Of a DNA stretch of 64,000 nucleotides, positions 25,444 to 34,011 are shown piece after piece. The notes under the pieces were generated by a model that saw only the letters and a program-made list of their open reading frames with translations, had not been told where the DNA came from and ran no database searches. The stretch is from contig JBCCHE010000002.1 in NCBI GenBank assembly GCA_039028875.1, positions 5,212-69,211 of the forward strand. The letters run 5' to 3'. Position 1 is the first letter of the stretch; each line of letters starts with the position of its first letter. A program made the translations under genes and the position numbers. The DNA comes from Myxococcota bacterium (GTDB lineage Bacteria > Myxococcota_A > Polyangia > Polyangiales > Houyiibacteriaceae).

Positions 25444-28400
25444 GTCCGGCCGGGTTCGCGGTCAGACAACCGGTCTTCGTCAACCTCGTCGCCATCTCGA
25501 TGGCGGTGGTCGGAGGCCTGATCTTCTATACGATGGACCGCGAGTCGCTTCCGACCGTACCGACCGGCTGGGGCGGGGTCGAAACGGTCTACGCTGGAGC
25601 ATCGCCAGAAGAGATCGAACGCCTCATCACGATGCCAGTCGAAAACGCCGTCGCCCAACTCGACGACATCGAGGAGATCTGGAGCGAATCCCGGGAAGGC
25701 ATCTCGTGGGTCTACTTCAAGCTCAACCCGGGCGTGACCAACGTACCGCAGGCCATCATCGAAGTCGCCAACGAGGTCAATCGCGTCGATGACCTCCCCC
25801 TCGATGCCGAAAGACCCCACGTCCACGAGTTCAAAGTCGACCGCCCGACGCTATGGGTCGCAGTACGCGGGGATGTCAGCGAGTCGATCGTCAGGCGAAT
25901 CGGAAGAGACCTAGCGGACAAAATCGAACGTCTGCCTGACGTCGCCGGCACCTGGAGACAGGGTGTCCGCGACAGAGAGCTCCGGGTGGATGTCGATCCC
26001 GATCGGCTTGCTGCCTACCGGCTTCCGCTCACCGCTGTCACGGAGGCGCTTCGGCAGCGAGGTGCCAACGTTCCGGCTGGAACCACGGACAACGCGCGAG
26101 GCGATGTCCACTTGATTCGAGGCATGACCCGAGTCGATACAGTCGATGAGATCGAGCGCGTCGTCGTTCGACCGAGCCCGCGGGGTGGTTCGGTCCGCGT
26201 CCGCGACGTCGCAGACGTGCAGGACACCTTCGCCCCGGGCGCGCTCAGCAGCCGGATGAACGGCGAGCCCGCAATCGTGATCACCGTCAAGAAGGATGAG
26301 CAGGGCGACAGCCTCCGAATCAGCGAAAGCGTCCACAGAGTCATCGACGAGTTGGCGCCATCCCTTCCGAAAGGCGTGACGGTTGAAGTCTTTGGCGACG
26401 TCGCGCATTCCGTGAACCGGTCGCTCACCCTCCTCTACGCGAACGCGGCAGCTGGGCTGATCCTCGTCCTCGCCCTGCTCTGGTTCTTCATCGGTGCGCG
26501 AAACGCGACGATGGCGGCGCTCGGGCTGCCTGTATCCCTGGCCGGCGCCATCGCCGCCATGGACGCGATGGGGATCACGATCAACATGGTCTCCTTGCTG
26601 GCGCTGATTCTCTGTCTCGGGATCATCGTCGACGACGCGATCATCATCATCGAGAACATCTACCGACACATGGAGGAGGGGCTCTCGCGCCGAAAGGCCG
26701 CGATCGTCGGCACCCGAGAAGTGTTCTGGCCTGTCGTCTCTTCGACGCTCACCACGTGGGCGGCCTTTTTGCCGATGCTCCTGATGACCGGGACGCTCGG
26801 AAAGTTCTTTGCCATCATCCCGAAGGTCGTTGTGGCCTCGCTGGCCGCTTCGTTGATCGAGGCGATGTTCGTGCTGCCGAGCCACATGGCGGACTTCGGC
26901 AAGCTCGAGCGCCGCCGACAGGATGGCGTTCCTGAGACGCGCGCGCAGCGAATCGGTCGCCGCGTGTTGCTCGCCTACGAACGAACGCTACGCGGTGCCA
27001 TCCAGCACCGGCGGGTGGTGGTCGGCGTCGCGTACGCCCTGTGCATCGGACTTGTCACCGGGATTTACACGACGAAAGACACCGTACTCTTCAATGAGGG
27101 CGACGTCGACATGTTCGACGTCCGCGTCCGGCTACCGACCGAGACCTCCAAAGAAGACACCGAGGCCTTCCTCTCACAAATGGAGGCCCAGATCCTCGTG
27201 CTCGAAAATCCCATCATCGACGATACGTTGGCCGTTCGAGGAATGGTACGAACGCCCAAGGGGACCGAGCGCGGTGACCACACAGGGACGATCTCCGTGT
27301 TCCTCGCTCCGGTGCAGTACCGGGACAGTGGCCGCGCGGGCGAAGATGCCCTCTCGCAGGTCGACGCCCTTTTCAAGGACCTCGTCGGACCCACGAGCCT
27401 CGACGTCGTGGCGATTCGTCAGGGCCCGTCGGGCGACCCCCCGATCACGGTCCGAGTCGTCGGCGACGACTACGACCGCCTGATCGGGCTCGCCGAACAA
27501 GTCCTCGTCGAAATACGAAACCTCCCAGGCACCCGGAACGAACGGCACGACTTCCAGCTCGGCAAAGAGGAACTCAAGGTGACCGTAGACGAGCAGCGCG
27601 CCGCTCTGCATGACCTGACCGCCACCGAGGTGACCGCATGGCTTCGAAGCGCCTTCGGAGCCACCGCCGCGGCCACCCTTCAAATGAACCAAGAAGAGAT
27701 CGACATCGTAGTGCAACTCGATGAGAAGGCGCAGCGCGACGCGGCGACGATCGCGACCCTTCGAATGATCACGGACTCCGGGGCGGACCTCCAATTGCAA
27801 GAAGTGGCGGAGGTGATCCCTGGGCGTGGACCCGGGGTGATCCGCCGCTTCGAACGGAAGCAGGTCGTGACGGTCCGCGCGAACATCGACTCGAACGTGA
27901 CCAACATGGGCGAAGCCAACCGGCGCTTGCAGCGTCGGCTGGCTCCCCTCTTGGCCGCCAATCCAGACGTCGAATTCAAGCTTGCGGGGCAGTTCGAGGA
28001 AGCTCAGGAGTCACTCGACTCGCTGTTCCAAGCGTTCGTCGTGGCGATCTTGCTGATCTACACCATCTTGGCGACTCAGTTTCAGAGCTTCTCACAGCCG
28101 CTTGTCGTCATTACGGCCGTCCCGCTTTCCCTGATCGGCGTCTCAATCGGGTTTTTCCTGGACGGTCGACCGATTAGCTTGATCGCGCTGGTCGGCGTGG
28201 TGGGCCTTGCCGGAATTGTCGTCAACGACTCTCTGGTCCTCGTCGAGTTCATCAACACGAGGCGACGAGGCGGTCTGTCGTTGGATGAGGCCATCGTCGA
28301 GGCCGGGAAACTGCGGGTGCGCCCGATCCTCCTGACCAGCGTCACCACGATTGCGGGCCTCATTCCCGTCGCGCTGGCCATGAGTAGCCTTCCGTTTCTC

Positions 28401-28634
28401 GCGCCGATGGCGCAGGTGGTGGTGTGGGGGCTCGCGTTCTCGACGGCGCTGACGCTCTTCATTGTGCCTTGTCTCTACCGGGTCGACGTCGATGTGTCGG
28501 CGCGGTTGTCATCCACTTTGGCACCTGTGACGCAATGGCTGACCGATCCGGGCGTCGCGGTCGTGGATGACGGTCCCGACGAACACGAATCGCAGGCAGC
28601 GCCGCGGTTCCCGGACCCCGCGAAGGAGGGATGA
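25440..28634 (+). CDS. RND-family efflux transporter permease (AcrB/HAE-type)
   Basis: 1064 aa. It begins FAVRQPVFVNLVAISMAVVGGLIFYTM. It shows a duplicated 6-TM plus large-loop architecture. Other motifs are LLALILCLGIIVDDAIIIIENI and GLAGIVVNDSLVLVEFI. Confidence 0.93.
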   Translation: MSPAGFAVRQPVFVNLVAISMAVVGGLIFYTMDRESLPTVPTGWGGVETVYAGASPEEIERLITMPVENAVAQLDDIEEIWSESREGISWVYFKLNPGVTNVPQAIIEVANEVNRVDDLPLDAERPHVHEFKVDRPTLWVAVRGDVSESIVRRIGRDLADKIERLPDVAGTWRQGVRDRELRVDVDPDRLAAYRLPLTAVTEALRQRGANVPAGTTDNARGDVHLIRGMTRVDTVDEIERVVVRPSPRGGSVRVRDVADVQDTFAPGALSSRMNGEPAIVITVKKDEQGDSLRISESVHRVIDELAPSLPKGVTVEVFGDVAHSVNRSLTLLYANAAAGLILVLALLWFFIGARNATMAALGLPVSLAGAIAAMDAMGITINMVSLLALILCLGIIVDDAIIIIENIYRHMEEGLSRRKAAIVGTREVFWPVVSSTLTTWAAFLPMLLMTGTLGKFFAIIPKVVVASLAASLIEAMFVLPSHMADFGKLERRRQDGVPETRAQRIGRRVLLAYERTLRGAIQHRRVVVGVAYALCIGLVTGIYTTKDTVLFNEGDVDMFDVRVRLPTETSKEDTEAFLSQMEAQILVLENPIIDDTLAVRGMVRTPKGTERGDHTGTISVFLAPVQYRDSGRAGEDALSQVDALFKDLVGPTSLDVVAIRQGPSGDPPITVRVVGDDYDRLIGLAEQVLVEIRNLPGTRNERHDFQLGKEELKVTVDEQRAALHDLTATEVTAWLRSAFGATAAATLQMNQEEIDIVVQLDEKAQRDAATIATLRMITDSGADLQLQEVAEVIPGRGPGVIRRFERKQVVTVRANIDSNVTNMGEANRRLQRRLAPLLAANPDVEFKLAGQFEEAQESLDSLFQAFVVAILLIYTILATQFQSFSQPLVVITAVPLSLIGVSIGFFLDGRPISLIALVGVVGLAGIVVNDSLVLVEFINTRRRGGLSLDEAIVEAGKLRVRPILLTSVTTIAGLIPVALAMSSLPFLAPMAQVVVWGLAFSTALTLFIVPCLYRVDVDVSARLSSTLAPVTQWLTDPGVAVVDDGPDEHESQAAPRFPDPAKEG

Positions 28635-28637
28635 GTC

Positions 28638-30044
28638 GTGCGAAGCTTCCTGACAGTTCAACGATGGCTGCTATGGGCCTGCCTCGCATGCATGCTGTGC
28701 ATAATGACGCCTGTCGCCGCCCAAGACCAGCCCGTGAGACCGGAAGTGTCGCGCGAAAGCCCCCCCTTCCCTTCGGGAGATGACGCAGCGACCCGCGGCC
28801 TGAGATCCCTCTACGTTCCCGGTGGACTGACCTCCGACGAAACGGTCAGACGAACCCTCGCGACGTCACCCGACCTCGAACGCACCCGTGCGCTCGTCGC
28901 GGAAGCCAAGGGCGCTTCTCTTCGGGCGATCGGAAGCTTGATTCCCCGGCTCGATCTCAACGCGTCGTACACACGGTTCAGCCGCGTGTTCCGTCCCCCG
29001 CAGTTCCCGCTCTTCTTGGACAACTTCTCGACCGACGCCACGCTGGGCTACTCGTTGACTGGCTCTCTCGCGGAGGCACTTCCAAGCTACCGCGCCGCCA
29101 AGAAAGACAAAGTCGCCTCGCGACACCAAATCGAGGCCGAAACCAACAACGTCGCATTCTCGGCACGCGAAGCCTACTACGAGTTCGCACGCTCGAAGGC
29201 AGCCCTTGGCGTCGCGCTGAAGACGTTGGAAGAAGCGACTTCGCAACGACAAGAGACCGAATCCTTGGTGGCCGCTGGAGCCGCCCCGCGTGTCGATGCG
29301 ATGAGGACGCAGGCGCAGGTTTCCGCGGCACAGGTATCCGTTTCGCAAGCAGAACTCGCGCTCGCCGTTGCGCGGCGAACCTTGCAAACCCTGATGCATG
29401 TGGACTCGGTGCCAACGCTCGGCGAGGACCTCTCCCGGCCCGTCGTTGGAGTCCCGACCGAGTCACAGGAGGCGCTCGAACAACGCGCGCTCGCCGAGCG
29501 ACCGGATTTGAAGGCCTTGCGGACCGCTGTGCAGGCAACCGAGCATCAAATCAGGGCTGCCCGTGGAGGCGCCGCACCCGACTTGCTGATCACCGGCACC
29601 GCCCAATACATCAACCCGAACCCGCGCGTCTTCCCGAACGAGGCGCGCTTCCAGGCGACCTGGGACGCGGGGGCGTTGGTCACCTGGTCCCCGAGCGACA
29701 CCTTCATCGCCGCCGGCCAGGCGAAGCAGCGAAAAGCCGAGCTCCGTCGTGCGGTCGCCGACATCATCGCGCTCGAGGACGCCATCAAAGTCGAAGTCGC
29801 CGAGGGGTACCATGGCATCTTTCAAGCCGAGGCCGCCTGGCAATCCGCACGAATCGGCCTCCAAGCCGCCGCCGAAACCTACCGAATCCGACGCGCACAG
29901 CTGCGCGCCGGCGCCGTCAACACCACCGACCTCCTCCAAGCCGAGGCCGAACTCACCCGCGCCCGCCTCGACGTCGTCGATTCCGCTATCGGGCTGCGGA
30001 CCGCCAAGGCGACGCTGCTGCGAGCGATCGGGGTGCAGCCTTGA
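28638..30044 (+). CDS. TolC-family outer membrane efflux protein
   Basis: Signal peptide ends at ...TPVAAQD. The sequence has two OEP repeats with long coiled segments (AEAKGASLRAIGSLIPRLDLNASY..., AARGGAAPDLLITGTAQY...). Confidence 0.85.
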   Translation: MRSFLTVQRWLLWACLACMLCIMTPVAAQDQPVRPEVSRESPPFPSGDDAATRGLRSLYVPGGLTSDETVRRTLATSPDLERTRALVAEAKGASLRAIGSLIPRLDLNASYTRFSRVFRPPQFPLFLDNFSTDATLGYSLTGSLAEALPSYRAAKKDKVASRHQIEAETNNVAFSAREAYYEFARSKAALGVALKTLEEATSQRQETESLVAAGAAPRVDAMRTQAQVSAAQVSVSQAELALAVARRTLQTLMHVDSVPTLGEDLSRPVVGVPTESQEALEQRALAERPDLKALRTAVQATEHQIRAARGGAAPDLLITGTAQYINPNPRVFPNEARFQATWDAGALVTWSPSDTFIAAGQAKQRKAELRRAVADIIALEDAIKVEVAEGYHGIFQAEAAWQSARIGLQAAAETYRIRRAQLRAGAVNTTDLLQAEAELTRARLDVVDSAIGLRTAKATLLRAIGVQP

Positions 30045-30070
30045 CCCTGGGAGCCAGCCGTCGACCGCTG

Positions 30071-30099
30071 CCCGCAACTAGCGATTCCCGCAACAGCGA
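30071..30099 (+). repeat. Short tandem direct repeat upstream of the membrane LytTR gene
   Basis: CCCGCAACtAGCGA (30071-30084), tt, then CCCGCAACAGCGA (30087-30099). It ends 37 nt before the ATG at 30137. Confidence 0.3.
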
Positions 30100-30136
30100 C
30101 TGGCCGCGCGGTTGAGGTCGTGGGACGCTCCGCGCG

Positions 30137-31036
30137 ATGACTTCTTTCACCGCGTCGATTCTCTCCCAGCACGAGCCGAGGTCGCTTCTACACCAATCGC
30201 GTTTCTGGGCGGCGCAGCTCGGCGGCTGGCTGCTTGTCGTTCCCTTTTACTTTCGGGATCTGATCCAGGAAGGGCTTCGCAACGGGCTCGTCTTGCTGAG
30301 CGTCACCATGGTGACGACCAGTTGGATCGCGGTCGTGGCCCTCTCGACGGTGCTGGCCGCGGCATACCTCCGAATGTATCCTCACTGGCTCCGTGGCATC
30401 CGAGCGATTCCGGCGGTGCTCGCGTTGTCCTGTGCGGGCGCCCTGCCCTGGACGGCGATGCTCATCTTTCTCCTTCGGAGCGGTCAGTCGAACCCCTCGG
30501 CGTGGGGGGACTACGCCCCGTGGTTGCTGTTCCAGACAACCGTCCTCCTATCGGCATGGAGCGGAACGTTCCTCTGGTTCCTGAGACGCAGCCGCCAGGA
30601 GCCCGGGCCCGCCAGACGTCCGGACGTGGAGGACTCCGCGTCTCGCTGGAGGTCCGACAGCGACGCCACCCAGGGCCGCTGGAGACCAAACGATCGCGTT
30701 TGCCTCAAAGAGGGAAAGCGCATGAAGTTTTGCGTTGTTGGGGAGATCGTGTTCATCCAGGCGGCTGGGGACTACACGGAGATCCACCTGGCTGATGATC
30801 ACGTGGCGATCGTTCGACAGCGGCTCGTGTACTGGGAGTCCCGCCTGCCGGAATCGTTCGTACGAATTCATCGCTCGACGCTCGTCAACCTCGAGCGCAG
30901 CGACGAGCTGGTCTACCTGGACGGCGCGTGGCGTTTCCGTCTCCGTGGGCTTTCGGAACCCGTCGCGGTGAGCAAGCGTTTCGAGCAATCCGTCATCGCC
31001 AAGGTGACCGGTCAAGGGGGCAAGGTCTCGGTTTAG
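30137..31036 (+). CDS. Membrane-tethered LytTR-domain protein (multi-TM sensor-like N-terminus, no receiver domain)
   Basis: The N-terminal ~150 aa are clearly homologous to the N-terminus of the kinase at 22040 (RFW..QL.GWLL..P.YFR, YLR..P.WL.G.RAIP, W.SG.FLW). The C-terminal LytTR domain is IVFIQAAGDYTEIHLADDHVAIVRQRLVYWESRLPESFVRIHRSTLVN. Confidence 0.8.
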   Translation: MTSFTASILSQHEPRSLLHQSRFWAAQLGGWLLVVPFYFRDLIQEGLRNGLVLLSVTMVTTSWIAVVALSTVLAAAYLRMYPHWLRGIRAIPAVLALSCAGALPWTAMLIFLLRSGQSNPSAWGDYAPWLLFQTTVLLSAWSGTFLWFLRRSRQEPGPARRPDVEDSASRWRSDSDATQGRWRPNDRVCLKEGKRMKFCVVGEIVFIQAAGDYTEIHLADDHVAIVRQRLVYWESRLPESFVRIHRSTLVNLERSDELVYLDGAWRFRLRGLSEPVAVSKRFEQSVIAKVTGQGGKVSV

Positions 31037-31044
31037 GTCGAAAA

Positions 31045-31094
31045 CTCGTCGCGGGAAGCCGAACGCTCGTCGCAAGAGGGCTCACGCTCGTCGC
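31045..31094 (+). promoter_or_regulatory. Three direct repeats with exact 21-bp periodicity; candidate LytTR binding sites upstream of lipoprotein pair P3-P4
   Basis: CTCGTCGC occurs at 31045, 31066 and 31087. The extended units are aaaaCTCGTCGCgg, aACGCTCGTCGCAAg and cACGCTCGTCGCAAt. The array begins 9 nt after the LytTR gene stop and ends 147 nt before the P3 ATG. Confidence 0.5.
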
Positions 31095-31240
31095 AATCGA
31101 GTCTCGTGGATGGACCCGCGTGCTAGCGTCCGGCCGCCTGAATGCGTTTCAGGTCATGCGAAAGCAGCGAATCGCCGTAGCGACCAATCGCTCTATCACA
31201 AACGGCACTCTCACGTGCGGCGAAGACAAGGAGTTTCCGA

Positions 31241-32581
31241 ATGCTTGCGAGCGCAGAACGAACAACGCACGGGGGATGGCGACTCATCGCAGCCCTCGGC
31301 TTCGGCCTGGCCATGTTGGGGTGCGGAGACAGCACACCGTCAGGCACGGGCGGCTCCGGAGGCGGCGCAACCGGCGGTTCAGGAGGAGTGGGGGCCTCTG
31401 GCGGAACGGGAGCCTCCGACGGCGGTGGGGGCGCGGGTGGCACGCTCAGCCAAAGCGGCGGAGCTGCACTCTGCAGTCTCACGGGATTCGGGCTTCCGGG
31501 AGGGCCGACGGGGTTCGTCCGCGTCTTGTCCGAGGCCGAGATCGAAGCCGGCGGTGACATCGACGCCACGGACAACGGCATCGAAGTCGGTGGTGGGGTG
31601 TCGTGTGCGGTCTGGAGGAACTCGGTGTATGCCGCGAGCTTTCAAAGCCCGACGATCACGCGCTACGATCTCATCGAAGGGGAGCTCGTCGAGGGTGACA
31701 CCGTGAGCTTCATGAACTTTGGGGTCGTGAGCCTCGCCGGGTTGTCGTCGCAAATTCAGGTCTTCTCCGACACGAAGGCCTACTTTTTCGACCCGCAGTT
31801 CGCACAGATCGTCGTGTGGAATCCCACGACGATGACCACGGTCGAAGCGATCCAGCTGACTGGATTCGACGCGCCGCCAGGGACCGTGCTTTCGCGGGTA
31901 CGGGCCGGACGGATCGACGATCGACTCGTCCTCTGGTCCACGTACGTCGATGACCAAGGGTTTAGTGCCCCAACGAGTGTATTTGCGTTCGTCGATCCGG
32001 AGACCGACGAGTTCGTCACCGACACGGTGGACACCTGCGGAGGTCTGATCAGTGAGTTTGTGACGACCACCAACGGAGACACCTACATTGGATCGAGCGC
32101 CGCCGATGCGATCAATCATGCGCTCGGGTTCGAAGGAACCTTCCCGCCGTGCATCGTTCGGCTGCGGGCCGGGGCGACCGAGGTCGACGCCACGTTTCTC
32201 GGCGACCCGAACGCGCTCACCGGCATCGGCCCCACGGGTGGCCCCCTCGCGGGCTCGGGAGACGCGGGCTTCTTGGTCGCCTACGACGAGAGCACGATGC
32301 CGCTCGACCCACTCCGTACCGGAACCGAACATACGGCGCTCGAGAACTGGCTCGTTTATCAGGTCGAACTCGGGTCGACCACCCCTGGAACACGGGTCGA
32401 GGCGCTTCCCGCCGGCCAGGGCGTCGGCGGAACGACGTCCTTCGACGGCCGCGGCTTCCTCACTCGAACCGCACGTGATTTCAGCGGCACGACCTTCTTC
32501 GACCTCTCGCAGACACCGGTCGAGGAAACCTACCGATTCAACGCCGCCGTCGCACTCTTTGCGAGGCTCGGCGCCGAGTAG
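31241..32581 (+). CDS. Uncharacterised lipoprotein, paralog family member P3
   Basis: Lipobox GFGLAMLGCGD followed by a Gly/Ser-rich linker. Family blocks are TITRYDL, KAYFFDPQFAQIVVWNP, DTCGGLISEF and PCIVRLRAGATEVD. Confidence 0.8.
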   Translation: MLASAERTTHGGWRLIAALGFGLAMLGCGDSTPSGTGGSGGGATGGSGGVGASGGTGASDGGGGAGGTLSQSGGAALCSLTGFGLPGGPTGFVRVLSEAEIEAGGDIDATDNGIEVGGGVSCAVWRNSVYAASFQSPTITRYDLIEGELVEGDTVSFMNFGVVSLAGLSSQIQVFSDTKAYFFDPQFAQIVVWNPTTMTTVEAIQLTGFDAPPGTVLSRVRAGRIDDRLVLWSTYVDDQGFSAPTSVFAFVDPETDEFVTDTVDTCGGLISEFVTTTNGDTYIGSSAADAINHALGFEGTFPPCIVRLRAGATEVDATFLGDPNALTGIGPTGGPLAGSGDAGFLVAYDESTMPLDPLRTGTEHTALENWLVYQVELGSTTPGTRVEALPAGQGVGGTTSFDGRGFLTRTARDFSGTTFFDLSQTPVEETYRFNAAVALFARLGAE

Positions 32582-32700
32582 CGTCGTTGGCAGGACGCGG
32601 TCACTTGCAGACCGGCAACAACGGACGGTTCGGTCGATGACACCGACCGAAAGACCTACGAGCAATTGCAAGTCATTTTCATTAGGCTAGCCTGCTCGAG

Positions 32701-33930
32701 GTGAAATTCGTTTGTATCCTCCTGCTTCTCGGGTTGGCGGCCTGCGGGGATGGCACCGACGCGACCACGGACACCGACCCCGCACCGGATCCCGAGTCCG
32801 ATGCGCAGGCCCAGTATCTCGTCGGGGGTGTCGTTTACGCGCCCGAGGGTCCGTTCGCCTACGGCGTCATCGTGGACGAGCTGACGCTCGACGTCGAAGT
32901 GGACCTCGAAACGTCGGGGATCTTCCCCGGCCTGCCGACCATCGGCTTTCCCGACGAGCCGAATGGCACGTTCTACGTCGGCCTCGTAGAAAGCCCGCGG
33001 ATCATCCGCTACCACGTCGACGAAGAAGGAACACTCACCGAAACGGGCGAGCTCAGCGTACTTCCTTTTGGACAAATCTCTGCCGGCGGATCCATCGTGA
33101 TCATAAACGAGTCGCGAGCCTACTTCTTCAGCGGCCTCAACCTCGACCTCGTCGTGTTCGACCCCACGGAGATGGTGCTGCTCGAGCTCATCGAGCTCGA
33201 CATCAAGACGCCCGAGGGCGGACAGAGCTACTTCAGCTACACGCCCGCGAGGGACGGAGATCGCATCGTCATCACTGCGAGCCACGTCCGCGCCGACGTC
33301 ACGACGAGCCCAAACTCGCAAGCCATCTTCATCGATGCGTTGACTGGCGAGGTCGAGTACGACGACCTCGAAGGATGCGGCGGCTTCGTCGAGCATGCGA
33401 AGGACGCCGAGGGCAACCTCTTCTTCTCCACCTTCCCGCGACAGTCGGCGATGAGGATTGCGGGGTTAGCGGGCGATCCTGCGTGCCCAGGGTGTATCGC
33501 GCGCATTGCGAAGGATGCGTCTCGTTTCGACACACAGTGGATCGACCTGGTGGGCCTTGCCGGTTCGCCCGCCGGATCGCTCGCTCAGGGACCGGGGAAC
33601 ACTTCGTACATCATGGTGTACGACGACGAAGAGACTCCCGTCACCCAAGACAGCGCCCTCATCCTTCCGACGATTCCGAGCTGGTCGTACGCGGCAATCG
33701 ACCTGACCAACCCGACGACGCTCACCCCGGTGCCGGGCCTGCCGACGAGCGCGGGCGTGGTAATCAGCTTCTCGGTCGTCGAGGGTGATGCGCAGACGGC
33801 AACGCCGTTCATCGGAATCTCGCAGGGCGATTTCGCAGGCACTGACCTTTACGACATGAGCGATCCCTCGGCGCCGGAGTTGCGAATGAGGCTGCCGGGC
33901 CTCGCGTCGGGCGCGCTTCGGCTTAGGTAA
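32701..33930 (+). CDS. Uncharacterised lipoprotein, paralog family member P4
   Basis: GTG start; MKFVCILLLLGLAACGD. Family blocks are RIIRYHV, RAYFFSGLNLDLVVFDP, EGCGGFVEHA and CPGCIARIAKDASRFD. Confidence 0.8.
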   Translation: MKFVCILLLLGLAACGDGTDATTDTDPAPDPESDAQAQYLVGGVVYAPEGPFAYGVIVDELTLDVEVDLETSGIFPGLPTIGFPDEPNGTFYVGLVESPRIIRYHVDEEGTLTETGELSVLPFGQISAGGSIVIINESRAYFFSGLNLDLVVFDPTEMVLLELIELDIKTPEGGQSYFSYTPARDGDRIVITASHVRADVTTSPNSQAIFIDALTGEVEYDDLEGCGGFVEHAKDAEGNLFFSTFPRQSAMRIAGLAGDPACPGCIARIAKDASRFDTQWIDLVGLAGSPAGSLAQGPGNTSYIMVYDDEETPVTQDSALILPTIPSWSYAAIDLTNPTTLTPVPGLPTSAGVVISFSVVEGDAQTATPFIGISQGDFAGTDLYDMSDPSAPELRMRLPGLASGALRLR

Positions 33931-34011
33931 CGACCGCGCCTCGACGGCCAGAACTGCACGAGTGGCGAGCGAACACACGGATGGAAGGCGGACTATCCTT
34001 GTTCGGCCAGT

